Positions 47,546-57,965 of a stretch of DNA of 64,000 nucleotides are shown here, piece by piece. The notes under the pieces were generated by a model. That model did not search any database, was not told the origin of the DNA, and was given only the letters and a program-made list of their open reading frames with translations. The stretch lies in NCBI GenBank assembly GCA_965247665.1, contig CBDFHH010000002.1, forward strand, positions 210,213-274,212, read 5' to 3'. The stretch comes from Alphaproteobacteria bacterium. GTDB lineage: Bacteria; Pseudomonadota; Alphaproteobacteria; SHVV01. Numbering within the stretch: position 1 is the first letter of the stretch; each line of letters opens with the position of its first letter. The position numbers and the translations under genes were made by a program.

Positions 47546-47742
47546 TTCCGCCGGCCGGTGGCGCTCGGCGCGTCCCTGCGCACGTTGTCGTTGCTCGCGA
47601 CCGGTACCTTGGGACGGCCGATCGCGTCGGCGGCGACCGGTCCGACGTTGCCGCGGCGGCTGCCGATATCCCGCAACAGGCGATCTTCGAGACCGTGCAG
47701 GGTGGTAATCGTCTGAGTTAGGCGTCGAGCGCCGCTATCACG
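47542..47742 (-). pseudogene. DUF1127-like small ORF without a canonical start codon
   Basis: Minus-strand frame reads ...TLHGLEDRLLRDIGSRRGNV..., the L-x-x-L-x-D-R-x-L-x-D-I-G motif of DUF1127. No ATG/GTG lies upstream of the motif. It overlaps the 3' ends of icd and the DUF2161 gene. Confidence 0.3.
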
Positions 47743-48428
47743 TCAGCGTAGGTCTCCAGCGCCCGCTCGCCCTTCGGCGTCAGCGCGTAAACCCCGCGTT
47801 CGGTGCGCTGAAACCAACCATAGACGTCGCGCCGCATCATCTGCGCGGTGTTTTCGATACCCGTGGTCCGGCGCAGCTCGGCCACCCGCGTTGGCCCGTT
47901 GGTCCTGAGCAGAGCGGCGCAGCGCAGAGCGTCCTGGCGGTAGGCCGTGACGATGGGCCGCTTGTTCGACCCGCCGACATTGGGATCGCCTACGCGGCGC
48001 TGGAACTCCTGCAGCAGCATGGACCGGCGCCACTTGGCCTTGCGCGGCCGATACGGCGCCGGGTCGAGCTGTATTTCTACCACCGCATCGCTTGGTGCAT
48101 CGTCTCGTCCCATCCGTACCACCAGGAGGCCGAGACCCAGCCGGCGGCATAGCTTGAGGATATCGCGCCGCTGTCGGCGCCACACGCTGGTCTTGACCGG
48201 CGACGCGGCAAACGCCAGATACACCGCGTCGCTGATGGCCTGACGGCGCACGCCCTGAAGTACCAGCGGTAGGTTGAAGCTGGTCTTGAGTTCGACCAGC
48301 ACGGGTTCCTCGCCGTCCCGCACTGCGACAACGTCGCAGTCCCCGACCTCGCTCTTTACTTCGTAGCCCTGACCTTCGAGAAATCGCTTGATTGGCGGGT
48401 AGAGTTCGGTTTCACGCCTCCTGGCCAT
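47718..48428 (-). CDS. DUF2161-family (putative PD-(D/E)xK-type) protein
   Basis: N-terminus ETELYPPIKRFLEGQGYEVKSEVGDCDVVAV..EPVLVELKTSFNL and a C-terminal winged-helix-like part. Confidence 0.7.
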   Translation of the reverse strand: MARRRETELYPPIKRFLEGQGYEVKSEVGDCDVVAVRDGEEPVLVELKTSFNLPLVLQGVRRQAISDAVYLAFAASPVKTSVWRRQRRDILKLCRRLGLGLLVVRMGRDDAPSDAVVEIQLDPAPYRPRKAKWRRSMLLQEFQRRVGDPNVGGSNKRPIVTAYRQDALRCAALLRTNGPTRVAELRRTTGIENTAQMMRRDVYGWFQRTERGVYALTPKGERALETYADVIAALDA

Positions 48429-48677
48429 TCCCGGCCTCTTATCACGATTCGGCTGCCGACCCGACCGGCAGGTAGGTTGCGTCGTTGCTGGTCACGCCAA
48501 AAACGAATCAGAATCCGGTCGGGTTTCGATCACCGATGCTCAGATCGCGCAACACGCCCGCACCCCCGCCGTGCCGCCAGCGCCAGGGGTGTCGGCGCCC
48601 GGAGACGCACGAGCGACAGCGAGTGCAGCCGCCAACACCGACAACCCTGCGAGGTCTATCCGCGCCTTCCACGGAGT

Positions 48678-50096
48678 TCAGCCGATGGCGTTGGGCCACT
48701 TGTCAGCCCAAGACGCCACCTGCTCGAACGTCTTACAAGCACGCATCAGGGTGCGGTCGTCGTAGCGCCGACCGACCAGTTGCAGGCCGACGGGCAGGCC
48801 GGCGCGGGTGAATCCGGCCGGCACCGACGCGGCGGGTTGGCCCGTGGCGTTGAACGCGGCCGTGAGCCCGAACCAGCGCGTCGCTCCCTCCGGTACCGTG
48901 AGCCAGCGCGCTGGCGCGTTCTGACCCACCGGGAAGGCAACCGTCGGCGTCGTCGGCAGCGCCAGCACGTCGATTTTGGCGAAATGCCGACGCAGACCGT
49001 CCCAGATACGGCCGATACCGAGCGCCGCGTCGGCCAACGCGAACGGCGACAGATTTTTCTCCGCCGCTGCGATCACTTCGCCGAGCTCGGGATCGATATG
49101 CTTCTGCCAATCCGGAAAGCGCGTAACGACGCGGCCGATGCCCGCGCGGATGGCGATACCGATCGTGGATTCCAGGGGATCTTCAATGCTGATCTCGAGC
49201 GGCACGATCGTGCACCGCGCGTCTTCCAGGCGCCGCACCGCGCGCTCGCAAATCCGCACCACCTCGCGGTCGGCCTTGAGAAAACCCAAATCCGGCGCCC
49301 ATCCCACCTTGAGCCCCTCGACCGGCGCCGGCAGGCCTTCGACGAGGGTCTCTCGCGGTAGCGAATAGGGGTCGCGTTCGTCGGGCCCGGCGAGCACCTG
49401 GTAGAGCAGCGCCGCGTCGTCGACGGTGCGGGTTTGCGGCCCAAGATGGCCGATGCGCCCGTTGGGCGCCACCGGCGTATTGGGGATGCGGCCGTAGGAT
49501 GCCTTGAAGCCGAACGTCCCGGTGAATGCTGCCGGAATGCGGATCGAGCCGCCGCCGTCGGAGCCGATGTGCAACGGTCCGAACCCGGCGGCGACGGCGG
49601 CGGTGGCTCCGCCGCTCGAGCCGCCCGGCGTGCGCTCGAGGTTCCACGGGTTGCGGGTTTCCGGAAACAGCACGTTGGAACTGGCGCCCTTCCAGCCCAG
49701 CTCCGGCGTATTGGTTTTGCCGATGATGATCGCGCCGGCCTTACGCAGTCGCTCGACCGCCGGCGGATCCTGCCTGGGCACCGCCTGGCGGAAAAACCAC
49801 GAACCGCGCGTCCATGGCATGCCCTTGACCATGATCAGATCCTTGACCGAAATCGGCAGACCGTGCAGTGCTCCCAGGCGCTCGCCGGCCATCACCGCCT
49901 TCTCGGCGCGGCGCGCGGCCGCCTTGGCGCCGCGTCGGTCGAGATGCACGAAAGCGTGGAGCTTGGGATCGAGGCGGTCGATCCGCGCGAGCACGTGGTC
50001 GAGCAACTCGACCGGCGACAACTCACGCCGTGCGATCAGTCGCCGCAGCTCGACCGCCGACAGTTTGTGAAGCTCGCTCTTCTTCGGTCGCGCCAT
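48678..50096 (-). CDS. amidase-signature (AS) family amidase
   Basis: GGSSGG and the Ser-cisSer-Lys context (KDLIMVKG ... TPGGSSGGATAAV). ATG 50096 has the SD AGGGGAGGA. Confidence 0.85.
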   Translation of the reverse strand: MARPKKSELHKLSAVELRRLIARRELSPVELLDHVLARIDRLDPKLHAFVHLDRRGAKAAARRAEKAVMAGERLGALHGLPISVKDLIMVKGMPWTRGSWFFRQAVPRQDPPAVERLRKAGAIIIGKTNTPELGWKGASSNVLFPETRNPWNLERTPGGSSGGATAAVAAGFGPLHIGSDGGGSIRIPAAFTGTFGFKASYGRIPNTPVAPNGRIGHLGPQTRTVDDAALLYQVLAGPDERDPYSLPRETLVEGLPAPVEGLKVGWAPDLGFLKADREVVRICERAVRRLEDARCTIVPLEISIEDPLESTIGIAIRAGIGRVVTRFPDWQKHIDPELGEVIAAAEKNLSPFALADAALGIGRIWDGLRRHFAKIDVLALPTTPTVAFPVGQNAPARWLTVPEGATRWFGLTAAFNATGQPAASVPAGFTRAGLPVGLQLVGRRYDDRTLMRACKTFEQVASWADKWPNAIG

Positions 50097-50352
50097 CGGT
50101 ATCCTCCCCTGCTGCCGGTTGATGCGCCGACTCAATCCAATTGGCGGCGCCAAATCAATCTTCAAACGCCAAGCTCGAGAAAGCGACGTCATACGGAAAC
50201 CGCCGGCCGGATTCGTAACCCGAATTGGATATCCCCGAATCGGACATCCTATCGAGCTGGGCACGGACTACCCGCGGCATGTTGCCGCGTAAATGCGTGA
50301 CTCGCGACTCGTACCCGCCGCATCCCGGTTACCGCGTGTGCGATCGCGTGGA

Positions 50353-51867
50353 CTACGAGCCCATCAACGCCCTCTTGCGCTCCTCGAGCTCTTCAGCCGT
50401 CGGCACATCGTAGGTAGCAAGCAGCCGGTCGACGACGGCGTCGAACTCGGCCCAGGGCGCCTCGCGATAATTGTGGTTGCGGATGATGAACGACGCACCG
50501 GCGTAGAACTTTTCGTATTGCTGGTGGCGGCCGGCGAACTCGGAACCGACCATGTCCCAAGCCAGCTTGAACAGCTTCATGCGATCGAGCGCGCCGAGCT
50601 GCGGCGTCTGCCAGTATTGCTCGAACCGTTGGCGCAGTTCCGGCTCGAGCATGACGTCGACCGACGCCGGCATCTGAAACACGCCGCCACCGCACAGCTC
50701 CCGCAACGTATCGACGAACTTGGAATAGTTCTGGGTGCAGAAATTGAGTGCCGCGTACATATAGCGGCGGTTGAAGCAGACATAGCCCTCGTCGCCGCCC
50801 GGCCAAGTCTCGTAGTCGTGGAGCTGACCCGCGATCATGCCCGCGAGGCACGCCTCTTGCGCCGCCATGTCGCCCAACAGCTCGCGTATGGCCGGAATCT
50901 GGTCGGCGCCGGTGGCCTGGGTGATACGACTGCACAGCCCGACCAGCAATCGCAGCTTGGCGAGGTAGCGCACGTTGGACTGATGGTTGCCGAAACAATG
51001 GCTCGGTGTGCGGATGTAGATCGCGCGCGCCAGCATCGGATCGTCGAGCACGAACACCTTCTCCCACGGCACCTTGACGTTGTCGCACATCACCATCGAA
51101 TCGGTTTCGTCGTAGCGATAGGTGAGGGGCGCGTCGAACTCGTTGGCCGCGTTCTTCTCGATCGGCTGGCGCGACCACAGCGTCACCCCGGGATCGCCGA
51201 CCCGAATCGCGCAGGTGATGGCTTCCTTGGTTTGGCTCGGCGCCAGTGGGATCAAATTGCCGATCCAGATTTCGTCGCAAAAAACGCCGCTCGTCGCGAG
51301 CATCTTCATCCCGGAGATCACGACGCCATCGTCCTTTTCGTCGACGATCCGTAACGTCGGGATCGGCTGGTTAAGACGCTCATAGTACTCGGGGTCGCGA
51401 GCGGCTTGCGGGGGCAGCACGGCGTAGGTCGCGTAAACGTCGTTCTTCCGCATGTGCTCGTAGTAGTCGAGCAGGTTCTGCGCGAAACCGCGATTGCCGG
51501 TGTCGCCTTCGTCGAGCACGTCGGCTTTCATCGCCATACCGGCCACGAAGCTCGATACATGGTCGTAGGAACGACCGATCATGCCGTAGCTCAAATCGGC
51601 GATCTTGCGATGCGCGTCCGACCGTTTTTGGAGATCCGCCTGCGAGGTCGCCCGCAGGTAGTAGGCCGAGTACCACTCGCCATCTTCCTGGTAGGCCATG
51701 ACGTCGCGGTTTGCCGCGTCTGCTTTCATGTCATAGAGCGCCGCCATCGTGTGGGCCGCGTTCGTGAAGGCCGGATGCGTGGCAATGTCGGCGACCCTTT
51801 CCCGGCCGATATAGACGGTGCGCCCGTCGCGAATCGCTTCCAGGTGCTCCTTGCCGGTCTTCAACAT
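50353..51867 (-). CDS. HpaB-family (4-hydroxyphenylacetate 3-hydroxylase-like) flavin-dependent monooxygenase, oxygenase component
   Basis: 504 aa from ATG 51867. N-terminus MLKTGKEHLEAIRDGRTVYIGRERV..DIATHPAF is typical of HpaB. Confidence 0.85.
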   Translation of the reverse strand: MLKTGKEHLEAIRDGRTVYIGRERVADIATHPAFTNAAHTMAALYDMKADAANRDVMAYQEDGEWYSAYYLRATSQADLQKRSDAHRKIADLSYGMIGRSYDHVSSFVAGMAMKADVLDEGDTGNRGFAQNLLDYYEHMRKNDVYATYAVLPPQAARDPEYYERLNQPIPTLRIVDEKDDGVVISGMKMLATSGVFCDEIWIGNLIPLAPSQTKEAITCAIRVGDPGVTLWSRQPIEKNAANEFDAPLTYRYDETDSMVMCDNVKVPWEKVFVLDDPMLARAIYIRTPSHCFGNHQSNVRYLAKLRLLVGLCSRITQATGADQIPAIRELLGDMAAQEACLAGMIAGQLHDYETWPGGDEGYVCFNRRYMYAALNFCTQNYSKFVDTLRELCGGGVFQMPASVDVMLEPELRQRFEQYWQTPQLGALDRMKLFKLAWDMVGSEFAGRHQQYEKFYAGASFIIRNHNYREAPWAEFDAVVDRLLATYDVPTAEELEERKRALMGS

Positions 51868-52084
51868 GAACCCGTTCTCCCGGTTGCCGCGACTGCGTTG
51901 ACCGAGCCTAGCGCGTCCGCACGGCAGGCAACAGCGACGCAGCCCTGCAGACGGAGAACGACGAACGCCTCGTCGCGACCGTGGCAGCGCTCGATCGTTT
52001 TGCCGGTACGGATACGGGTCGATTGGCCGATCTGCCGGTGGCGTAAACTGTGCTATCAGTAGGTGCCGGCTCCAGGAGACGAAC

Positions 52085-53239
52085 ATGAGCACCGCCGCAA
52101 CGGACGACACCTTCAGCCTCGATCCCGACGTAGCCTACGGGCTGCCGCGCAACTACTACCTCGACGAGGCCATCTTCCAGCGCGAGATGCAAGAGATCTT
52201 CTTCAAGACTTGGCAGTTCGTCGGTGCGGTGCAGGACATACCCGAGCCCGGCAGCTACTTCAGCGCCACGATTGTCGACCAACCGGTGTTCATTATTCGC
52301 GGCAAGGACGGCAACATCCGCGCGTTTCATAACGCCTGCCCGCATCGCGGACACGAGCTCGTGACCGGCACCGGCCAAAAGATGATCATTACCTGCCCGT
52401 ATCACGCTTGGTCGTTCGATACGCGGGGCACACTCAAGGCGGCCGGCAACAGCGAAAACGTGCGCCGCTTCGATCCTGCCGATTTCGCGTTGAGAGAGAT
52501 TCGAACCGAGGTGTTCGCCAATCTGGTCTACGTCAATTTCGACGACGGAGCGGCACCGATCGGCGATGTGATGAAGGGGCTCGACGAGGAGCTCCGCAGC
52601 GTCATTCCCGGCTTCGACGACCTCGTGCTGTTTCGTCGTGATCCCGTCGATATTCGGGCCAACTGGAAGATCGTCGTCGAGAATTTCGTCGAATGCTACC
52701 ACTGCCCGCATGTCCACCCCGGCATCATGGGCCCGGAAAACGCCAATATGGACCTGTCGTTCGAGTCGACCGACGAACCCTTCTGGTCGCGCCACATCAT
52801 CCGAAGCCACAGCCAGGAAACGCAGGCAGCGAGCGACCGTGAGCTGCCCTACGACTACCGCAAGAACCCGCCGATCAAGGACGCCTGGCTGTGGTCGAGC
52901 TGGCCCAACACCTGCTTCATTGCGCGTCCGGGCGCCTCGAATTTCCAGGTGTTCCATGCGATGCCGGTGTCACCGGGAGTGACTCACGAAACCCTGGTCA
53001 ATTTCGCCGTCAGCGACCCGCCCGAAGAGCCGGAGCTGAAGGTATTCGATGTATTTCGCGACCACCTCAACTGGCAGGACATCGGCGTGGTCGAGAGCGT
53101 GCAGCGCGGTATGCGCTCGCGCGGCTACCGTCCCGGGCGGCTCATGGTCGACTCCGAACGCTCATGGCGCAGCGAAGCCTCGGTGCATCATTTCGACGGC
53201 CTGGTGTGGCAGGCTCTGAACGGGAGCCCCGGTAGCTAG
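52085..53239 (+). CDS. Rieske [2Fe-2S] non-haem-iron oxygenase, alpha subunit
   Basis: CPHRGHEL-x17-CPYHAWSF Rieske motif. Mononuclear-iron region is ENFVECYHCPHVHP. Confidence 0.85.
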   Translation: MSTAATDDTFSLDPDVAYGLPRNYYLDEAIFQREMQEIFFKTWQFVGAVQDIPEPGSYFSATIVDQPVFIIRGKDGNIRAFHNACPHRGHELVTGTGQKMIITCPYHAWSFDTRGTLKAAGNSENVRRFDPADFALREIRTEVFANLVYVNFDDGAAPIGDVMKGLDEELRSVIPGFDDLVLFRRDPVDIRANWKIVVENFVECYHCPHVHPGIMGPENANMDLSFESTDEPFWSRHIIRSHSQETQAASDRELPYDYRKNPPIKDAWLWSSWPNTCFIARPGASNFQVFHAMPVSPGVTHETLVNFAVSDPPEEPELKVFDVFRDHLNWQDIGVVESVQRGMRSRGYRPGRLMVDSERSWRSEASVHHFDGLVWQALNGSPGS

Positions 53240-53557
53240 CGGGCCAGGCGGGAAGATGTCGGCGTGAATATCACGTCAATTTTCGCCGCCCTGCGCAGCG
53301 TTCCATTCTTCGTGGTGTCGCGCAACCTCGTACTCGGCTCGAGGTGTGATGAGCCGGCCGGCGCGGCCGGATATCTCCCTCCGTTTCCGTTGCAAAGTCC
53401 TCGCCGTCCCTGCCAAGGTTTCGAAGGTCGAGGGAGCCGTGCTTGACGCGGCTCTCCGTTGTCATTTTGCCGCGATTTCGGCACCATAGCGCCACAGCAT
53501 GGTCCTAATTGTCGGGCGTTCTCCCGGATAACGCGGCGCACGAAGTCGGAACCACCG

Positions 53558-54298
53558 ATGACCTTGGGGCTTCTCGAGACCAGGCAGTATGCCAAACGGC
53601 AGAAGCGTGGGCGTTTTTATCGCGGCGCGTTCCTGGTCGTGGTGCTGGTAGGACTCGGCGCCGTGGCCTATGTCGGTGGCACCGAGCTCGCTCGGCAGGA
53701 GGTCACCGTCTTGCGCGATGCAAACCGGCAACTCCGCGAACGCACCGGCGAACTCAGCCGGCAGGTCGAACGCTTGCAAACCCTGGCCGAGACGGCGCGG
53801 CAACGCGAACTCGAGTGGCGAACGCGTCACGAGCGCGAGGTGCCCCGCGCCACGCCCCGGGAGCTGTTGAGCCTGATTGAATCGCACCTCGCGGCCGGCG
53901 CCGATCCGAAACGCATCGAGCTCTACGTCGATGCTGCCGCGCGTCCGGCGCGCTGCGACAACGAACCGCGCAGCAAGCGCTTCCTGGTGCGCACCCCGCT
54001 CTACAGCGGCGCCAACGACTCGGTGAGCTTTGTCAACAGCGCGCTCACCGCGACCGCGAGCGGTCAGCCGGCGACCGACGCCGACGGCAATCCCGAAGCC
54101 TGGTTCGACCCGGCTAAGGAGATCACCTTTGCTGTCATCGCCATCGACGGCGAGCGCAGCGAATCTGTCGGCCCTCTGCCGCTGCACCATTCTGTAATCT
54201 GGGCCGGGGCCGAATACCGCTTCACCGTCGTCAACGGCGCGAGCCGCGGCTTCGTCACCGTCACCGCCGATCGTTGCGCGATTGCCGCGACGGAGTAG
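53558..54298 (+). CDS. hypothetical membrane-anchored coiled-coil protein
   Basis: ORF with one TM helix (FLVVVLVGLGAVAYVGG), then a heptad-like Arg/Glu-rich segment. No recognisable family. Confidence 0.45.
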   Translation: MTLGLLETRQYAKRQKRGRFYRGAFLVVVLVGLGAVAYVGGTELARQEVTVLRDANRQLRERTGELSRQVERLQTLAETARQRELEWRTRHEREVPRATPRELLSLIESHLAAGADPKRIELYVDAAARPARCDNEPRSKRFLVRTPLYSGANDSVSFVNSALTATASGQPATDADGNPEAWFDPAKEITFAVIAIDGERSESVGPLPLHHSVIWAGAEYRFTVVNGASRGFVTVTADRCAIAATE

Positions 54299-54325
54299 CT
54301 CGAATTAGAGGCGCCTTCGACCGCC

Positions 54326-55978
54326 TTACTCCGCCTGCGTTTCGCTGTTGGCCACTTCGCGCAACTCGACGCGGCGGATCTTGCCGGAGATCGTTTTCGG
54401 CAGAGCTTCGAGATAGGCGATCTCGCGCGGGTATTTGTAGGGCGCCGTTTGCTTCTTGACGAACTCCTGGATGTCCGTCGTGAGCTCGTTCGACGGCTCG
54501 TGGCCGTCGGCCAGCACGACATAGGCCTTGACGATCTGCCCGCGCATCGGGTCGTCCTTGCCGATTACCGCCGACTCGACGATCGCGGGATGCTCGGCCA
54601 GCGCGCTTTCCACCTCAAACGGGCTGATGCGATAGCCCGCCGACAGGATCAGATCGTCGGAACGGCCGACGAACCAGATATAGTCATCCTCGTCGCGCAT
54701 ACCGGTGTCGCCGGTATAGTAGAAACCGTTGCGGAAGCTCTCGGCGTTGGCATCATCGTCGTCGTCGTAATAGCCCTTGAACAAACCGGGCGGCCACGCG
54801 TCGCCCATGCGTACGGCGATGTGGCCGACCTCATGCTCAGCCAGCACATTACCGTCATCGTCGACGATCTGGATGTCGAAGCCCGGCACCGCCTTGCCCA
54901 TCGATCCCGGCCGAATCGGCACCGCGGGGAAATTCGACACCAGGTTGACGCTCTCGGTCTGGCCGTAGCCGTCATGCGGGTCGTGGCCGGTGGCGGCGCG
55001 CCAGGCACGCATTGCCTCGGGGTTGAGCGGCTCGCCCGCGCCCAGCGTATGGCGGATCGAGCTAAGATCGTATTTCGACAGATCGAGCTGGGCGAACAGG
55101 CGGAACACCGTCGGCGGCGCGCAGAATGTCGTCACCCCAAGTCGCTCGATGACGCGGAGATGGGCGTCGGCGTCGAATCCGGGGCCGGCGTCGTAAAGCA
55201 CGATCGCGGCGCCCAATTGCCATTGCGGGAACATACCCCACGCCGCCTTGGCCCAGCCGGTGTCCGACAGCGTCCAATGTACGTCGCTTTCTTCGAGGTC
55301 CATCCAGTAGCGCCCGGTGATGGTGTGGGCCAGGGGGTAGGCGTGATCGCGCGGCACCATCTTGGGATAAGCGGTGGTGCCGGACGTGAAATAGATCAAC
55401 ATGTCCTCGTCGGCGCGGGTGGCTTCGACGTCGTCGCGGCGGAGCGCGGTGGAAGCGTCGGCGCACGCCGCTTCGTAATCGGTCCAACTATCGCGCGACG
55501 CGCCGATGATGATGAAATGCTCCAGCGACGGGCACCGGTCCTTGATCTCCTCGATGCGGCCGGCGTGCTCCTCGGTCACGATCACCAGCTTCGCCCCGGC
55601 TCGATTGATGCGGTACTCCAGATCCTTGGCCGTCAGCAGCATGGTGCCGGGTATGGCAATGACCCCGGTCTTGATGGTGCCGACGATCACCTCGTAGAAA
55701 GCCGGGATGCGCGGCAGCACGACGATAGCGCGGTCTCCCTTAGCCGCGCCGAGCCCGTGCAGCATGTTGCCGACGCGGTTGGCGGCACGGTCAAGATCCG
55801 AGAATTTGTAGGTTTCGACCGTGTCGCCGTCGCGGGCGACGTAGTAGAACGCAGCCTTGTCGTTTTCGTTGGCGCGCTTTTCGACGATGTCGAAGCCGAA
55901 ATTGTAGAACTCGGGGACTTCGTATTTGAACGTCCGCCGCGTCTCCGCGTAGTCCGTCATTTTGGGCAAGTCGAGCAT
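54326..55978 (-). CDS. AMP-forming acyl-CoA synthetase (medium-chain/aryl type)
   Basis: AMP-binding motif YFTSGTTAYPKMV and YYTGD ... GRSDD ... ISGKIRR. ATG 55978 has the SD AAGGAGG. Confidence 0.9.
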   Translation of the reverse strand: MLDLPKMTDYAETRRTFKYEVPEFYNFGFDIVEKRANENDKAAFYYVARDGDTVETYKFSDLDRAANRVGNMLHGLGAAKGDRAIVVLPRIPAFYEVIVGTIKTGVIAIPGTMLLTAKDLEYRINRAGAKLVIVTEEHAGRIEEIKDRCPSLEHFIIIGASRDSWTDYEAACADASTALRRDDVEATRADEDMLIYFTSGTTAYPKMVPRDHAYPLAHTITGRYWMDLEESDVHWTLSDTGWAKAAWGMFPQWQLGAAIVLYDAGPGFDADAHLRVIERLGVTTFCAPPTVFRLFAQLDLSKYDLSSIRHTLGAGEPLNPEAMRAWRAATGHDPHDGYGQTESVNLVSNFPAVPIRPGSMGKAVPGFDIQIVDDDGNVLAEHEVGHIAVRMGDAWPPGLFKGYYDDDDDANAESFRNGFYYTGDTGMRDEDDYIWFVGRSDDLILSAGYRISPFEVESALAEHPAIVESAVIGKDDPMRGQIVKAYVVLADGHEPSNELTTDIQEFVKKQTAPYKYPREIAYLEALPKTISGKIRRVELREVANSETQAE

Positions 55979-56177
55979 TAACGCCTCCTTTCGCCGCCGC
56001 CCTGCGATTGTCGCCAAAGCGGCGGCGGTGGGCAAACTCCGCCGGATCACATCCGGCGTGACGATCGAGGGATGGCACGCCAATGTCCGCCCAACGTCAA
56101 CGCGTGCGGCAGCGCCGATGCCGCCGCAGCGTTCGCCGGCAACCCCACCGGGCCCCTCTCCCAGTCGGACGCGAACG

Positions 56178-56945
56178 TCAGCTCATCAGTCGCCGGCGCA
56201 CGCTGCGCCGCGCCCACACCAGCAGCGCGGTCGAGACCACCAGGATGTAACCCACATCCCAGACGGCGATCCAGCTCCACTCGCCGCCGTAAGCCATGTG
56301 CGATAGCCGCACGGGGTGCAGAAGCGGCAGCGCCTCCGCGACCGGCAGCAGCCAGTCGGGGAAGCGTTCCTCGATCGGGAAGAACACGCCCGCGAACAGG
56401 AACATCGGCGTCAGGAACAGCGTGAAGTAGAAGCTGAACAGATCGATCGACGGCATTTTCAGGGTGAAGGCGATGCCGATAGCGGCGAACAGGAGGCCCG
56501 CCAGCGGAATCACCAGCAGCGCAGCCAGCCCCGCTGGCATCGTCACCAGGCCGAACAGGATGGCGACGACGTAAAAGCCGCCGCCGTAAAGAAACGAGCG
56601 GGTCAGCCCCCACAGCACCTCGCCGACCAGGATGTCGTCGGTGTTGACCGGAGTCGTCAGCACACCGTCATAGGTCTTCTCGTAGACCATGCGGATGAAC
56701 ACGTTGAAGGTGACCTCGAAACTGGCCCCGTTCATGGTCGAGACGCACATCAGCCCGGGCGCCAGGAACTCGATATAGGGCACGCCGGCCATCTCGGTGA
56801 TGTAGGCGCCCACGCCGATGCCGATCGCGGTGAGGAAGAACACCGGTTCGAAGAAATTCGGCAGTAGCGTGGTTTTCCAGGTGCGCTGGTAGAGGGCGGC
56901 GTTGCGGCGCCATACCGACAGCGCGTGCGGCAGAGACAGGCTCAT
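56178..56945 (-). CDS. ABC-2-type exporter permease (NodJ-like)
   Basis: 255-aa, 6-TM protein located directly after the cognate ATPase gene. Confidence 0.85.
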   Translation of the reverse strand: MSLSLPHALSVWRRNAALYQRTWKTTLLPNFFEPVFFLTAIGIGVGAYITEMAGVPYIEFLAPGLMCVSTMNGASFEVTFNVFIRMVYEKTYDGVLTTPVNTDDILVGEVLWGLTRSFLYGGGFYVVAILFGLVTMPAGLAALLVIPLAGLLFAAIGIAFTLKMPSIDLFSFYFTLFLTPMFLFAGVFFPIEERFPDWLLPVAEALPLLHPVRLSHMAYGGEWSWIAVWDVGYILVVSTALLVWARRSVRRRLMS

Positions 56946-56946
56946 A

Positions 56947-57915
56947 TCATGCCCCCTCGCGCAGCGCCGTCCCGGTGATCGACAAGAACACGTCCTCGAG
57001 GTTGGCGGGCCGCACCACGAACGGACGCCGCGCGCCGCCGTCGGCCTGATGGATGCGTTCGATCAGGGCCGTCGAATCGTCGGTATACAGCATCACCCGA
57101 TTTCCCGCGCGCAGCCGCTTGAGCCCGTTGCTGCCGCTATCGACCATTTCCCCGAACAGCGCCGCTTCCTCGGCTTCGTTGCAATCGACCTCGACCGCCT
57201 CGCGCGCCAGGTGCCGTTCGATCAATTCGCGCGGCGCGCCTTGGCTCATCGCCCTGCCCTGATCGATGATGACGACGCGATCGCACAGCCGCTCCGCTTC
57301 ATCCATGTAGTGCGTGGTCAGCAGCACCGTCGTGCCCCGAGCGCGCAATTCTCGGATCCGCGACCACAGCGTATGGCGCACCGCCGGGTCGAGCCCGGTC
57401 GTCGGTTCGTCGAGGATCAACAGCTCCGGCCGGTTGATTAGTGACATCGCGACCGAGAGGCGCCGCTTATAGCCGCCCGAGAGGGTCCTCACCAGAGCGT
57501 CGGCGTGGGAGCGCAGTTCGAGGAAATCGAGCAGTTCCTCGATGCGAGCCGTCAGCTCGGCCTCGCCGAGCAGATAGTAGCGGCCGAAGATCCGCATATT
57601 GTCGCGCGTCGACGCGCTGTCGATCAGCACGTTCTCCTGCAAGGTGACGCCGAGCCGCTGGCGCACCGCCCGCGTGTCCTGGGCGACGTCGATGCCAAAC
57701 ACCTTGACCGTGCCGCCCGTCGGCCGGGCAACGCCGTAGATCATCTTAAGCATCGTCGTCTTGCCGGCACCGTTCGGCCCGAGCAATCCGAAGCAGCCGC
57801 CGCGCGGCACCGCCAAATCGAGTCCGTCCACCGCCACGCGTTCACGGTAGCGCTTCGATACCTTGTCAGCGGCAACGATGATGGCCGATGAGCCGTCGGC
57901 GTAGGATTGGGACAT
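56947..57915 (-). CDS. ABC-2-type exporter ATP-binding protein (NodI-like)
   Basis: Walker A GPNGAGKTT, signature LSGGYKRR, Walker B LLILDEPTTGLD. ATG 57915. Confidence 0.9.
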   Translation of the reverse strand: MSQSYADGSSAIIVAADKVSKRYRERVAVDGLDLAVPRGGCFGLLGPNGAGKTTMLKMIYGVARPTGGTVKVFGIDVAQDTRAVRQRLGVTLQENVLIDSASTRDNMRIFGRYYLLGEAELTARIEELLDFLELRSHADALVRTLSGGYKRRLSVAMSLINRPELLILDEPTTGLDPAVRHTLWSRIRELRARGTTVLLTTHYMDEAERLCDRVVIIDQGRAMSQGAPRELIERHLAREAVEVDCNEAEEAALFGEMVDSGSNGLKRLRAGNRVMLYTDDSTALIERIHQADGGARRPFVVRPANLEDVFLSITGTALREGA

Positions 57916-57965
57916 GAAAATACCCGGCGCGGGATAGAGCAAACGTAGGCCGCGTTTCGCCGCGG

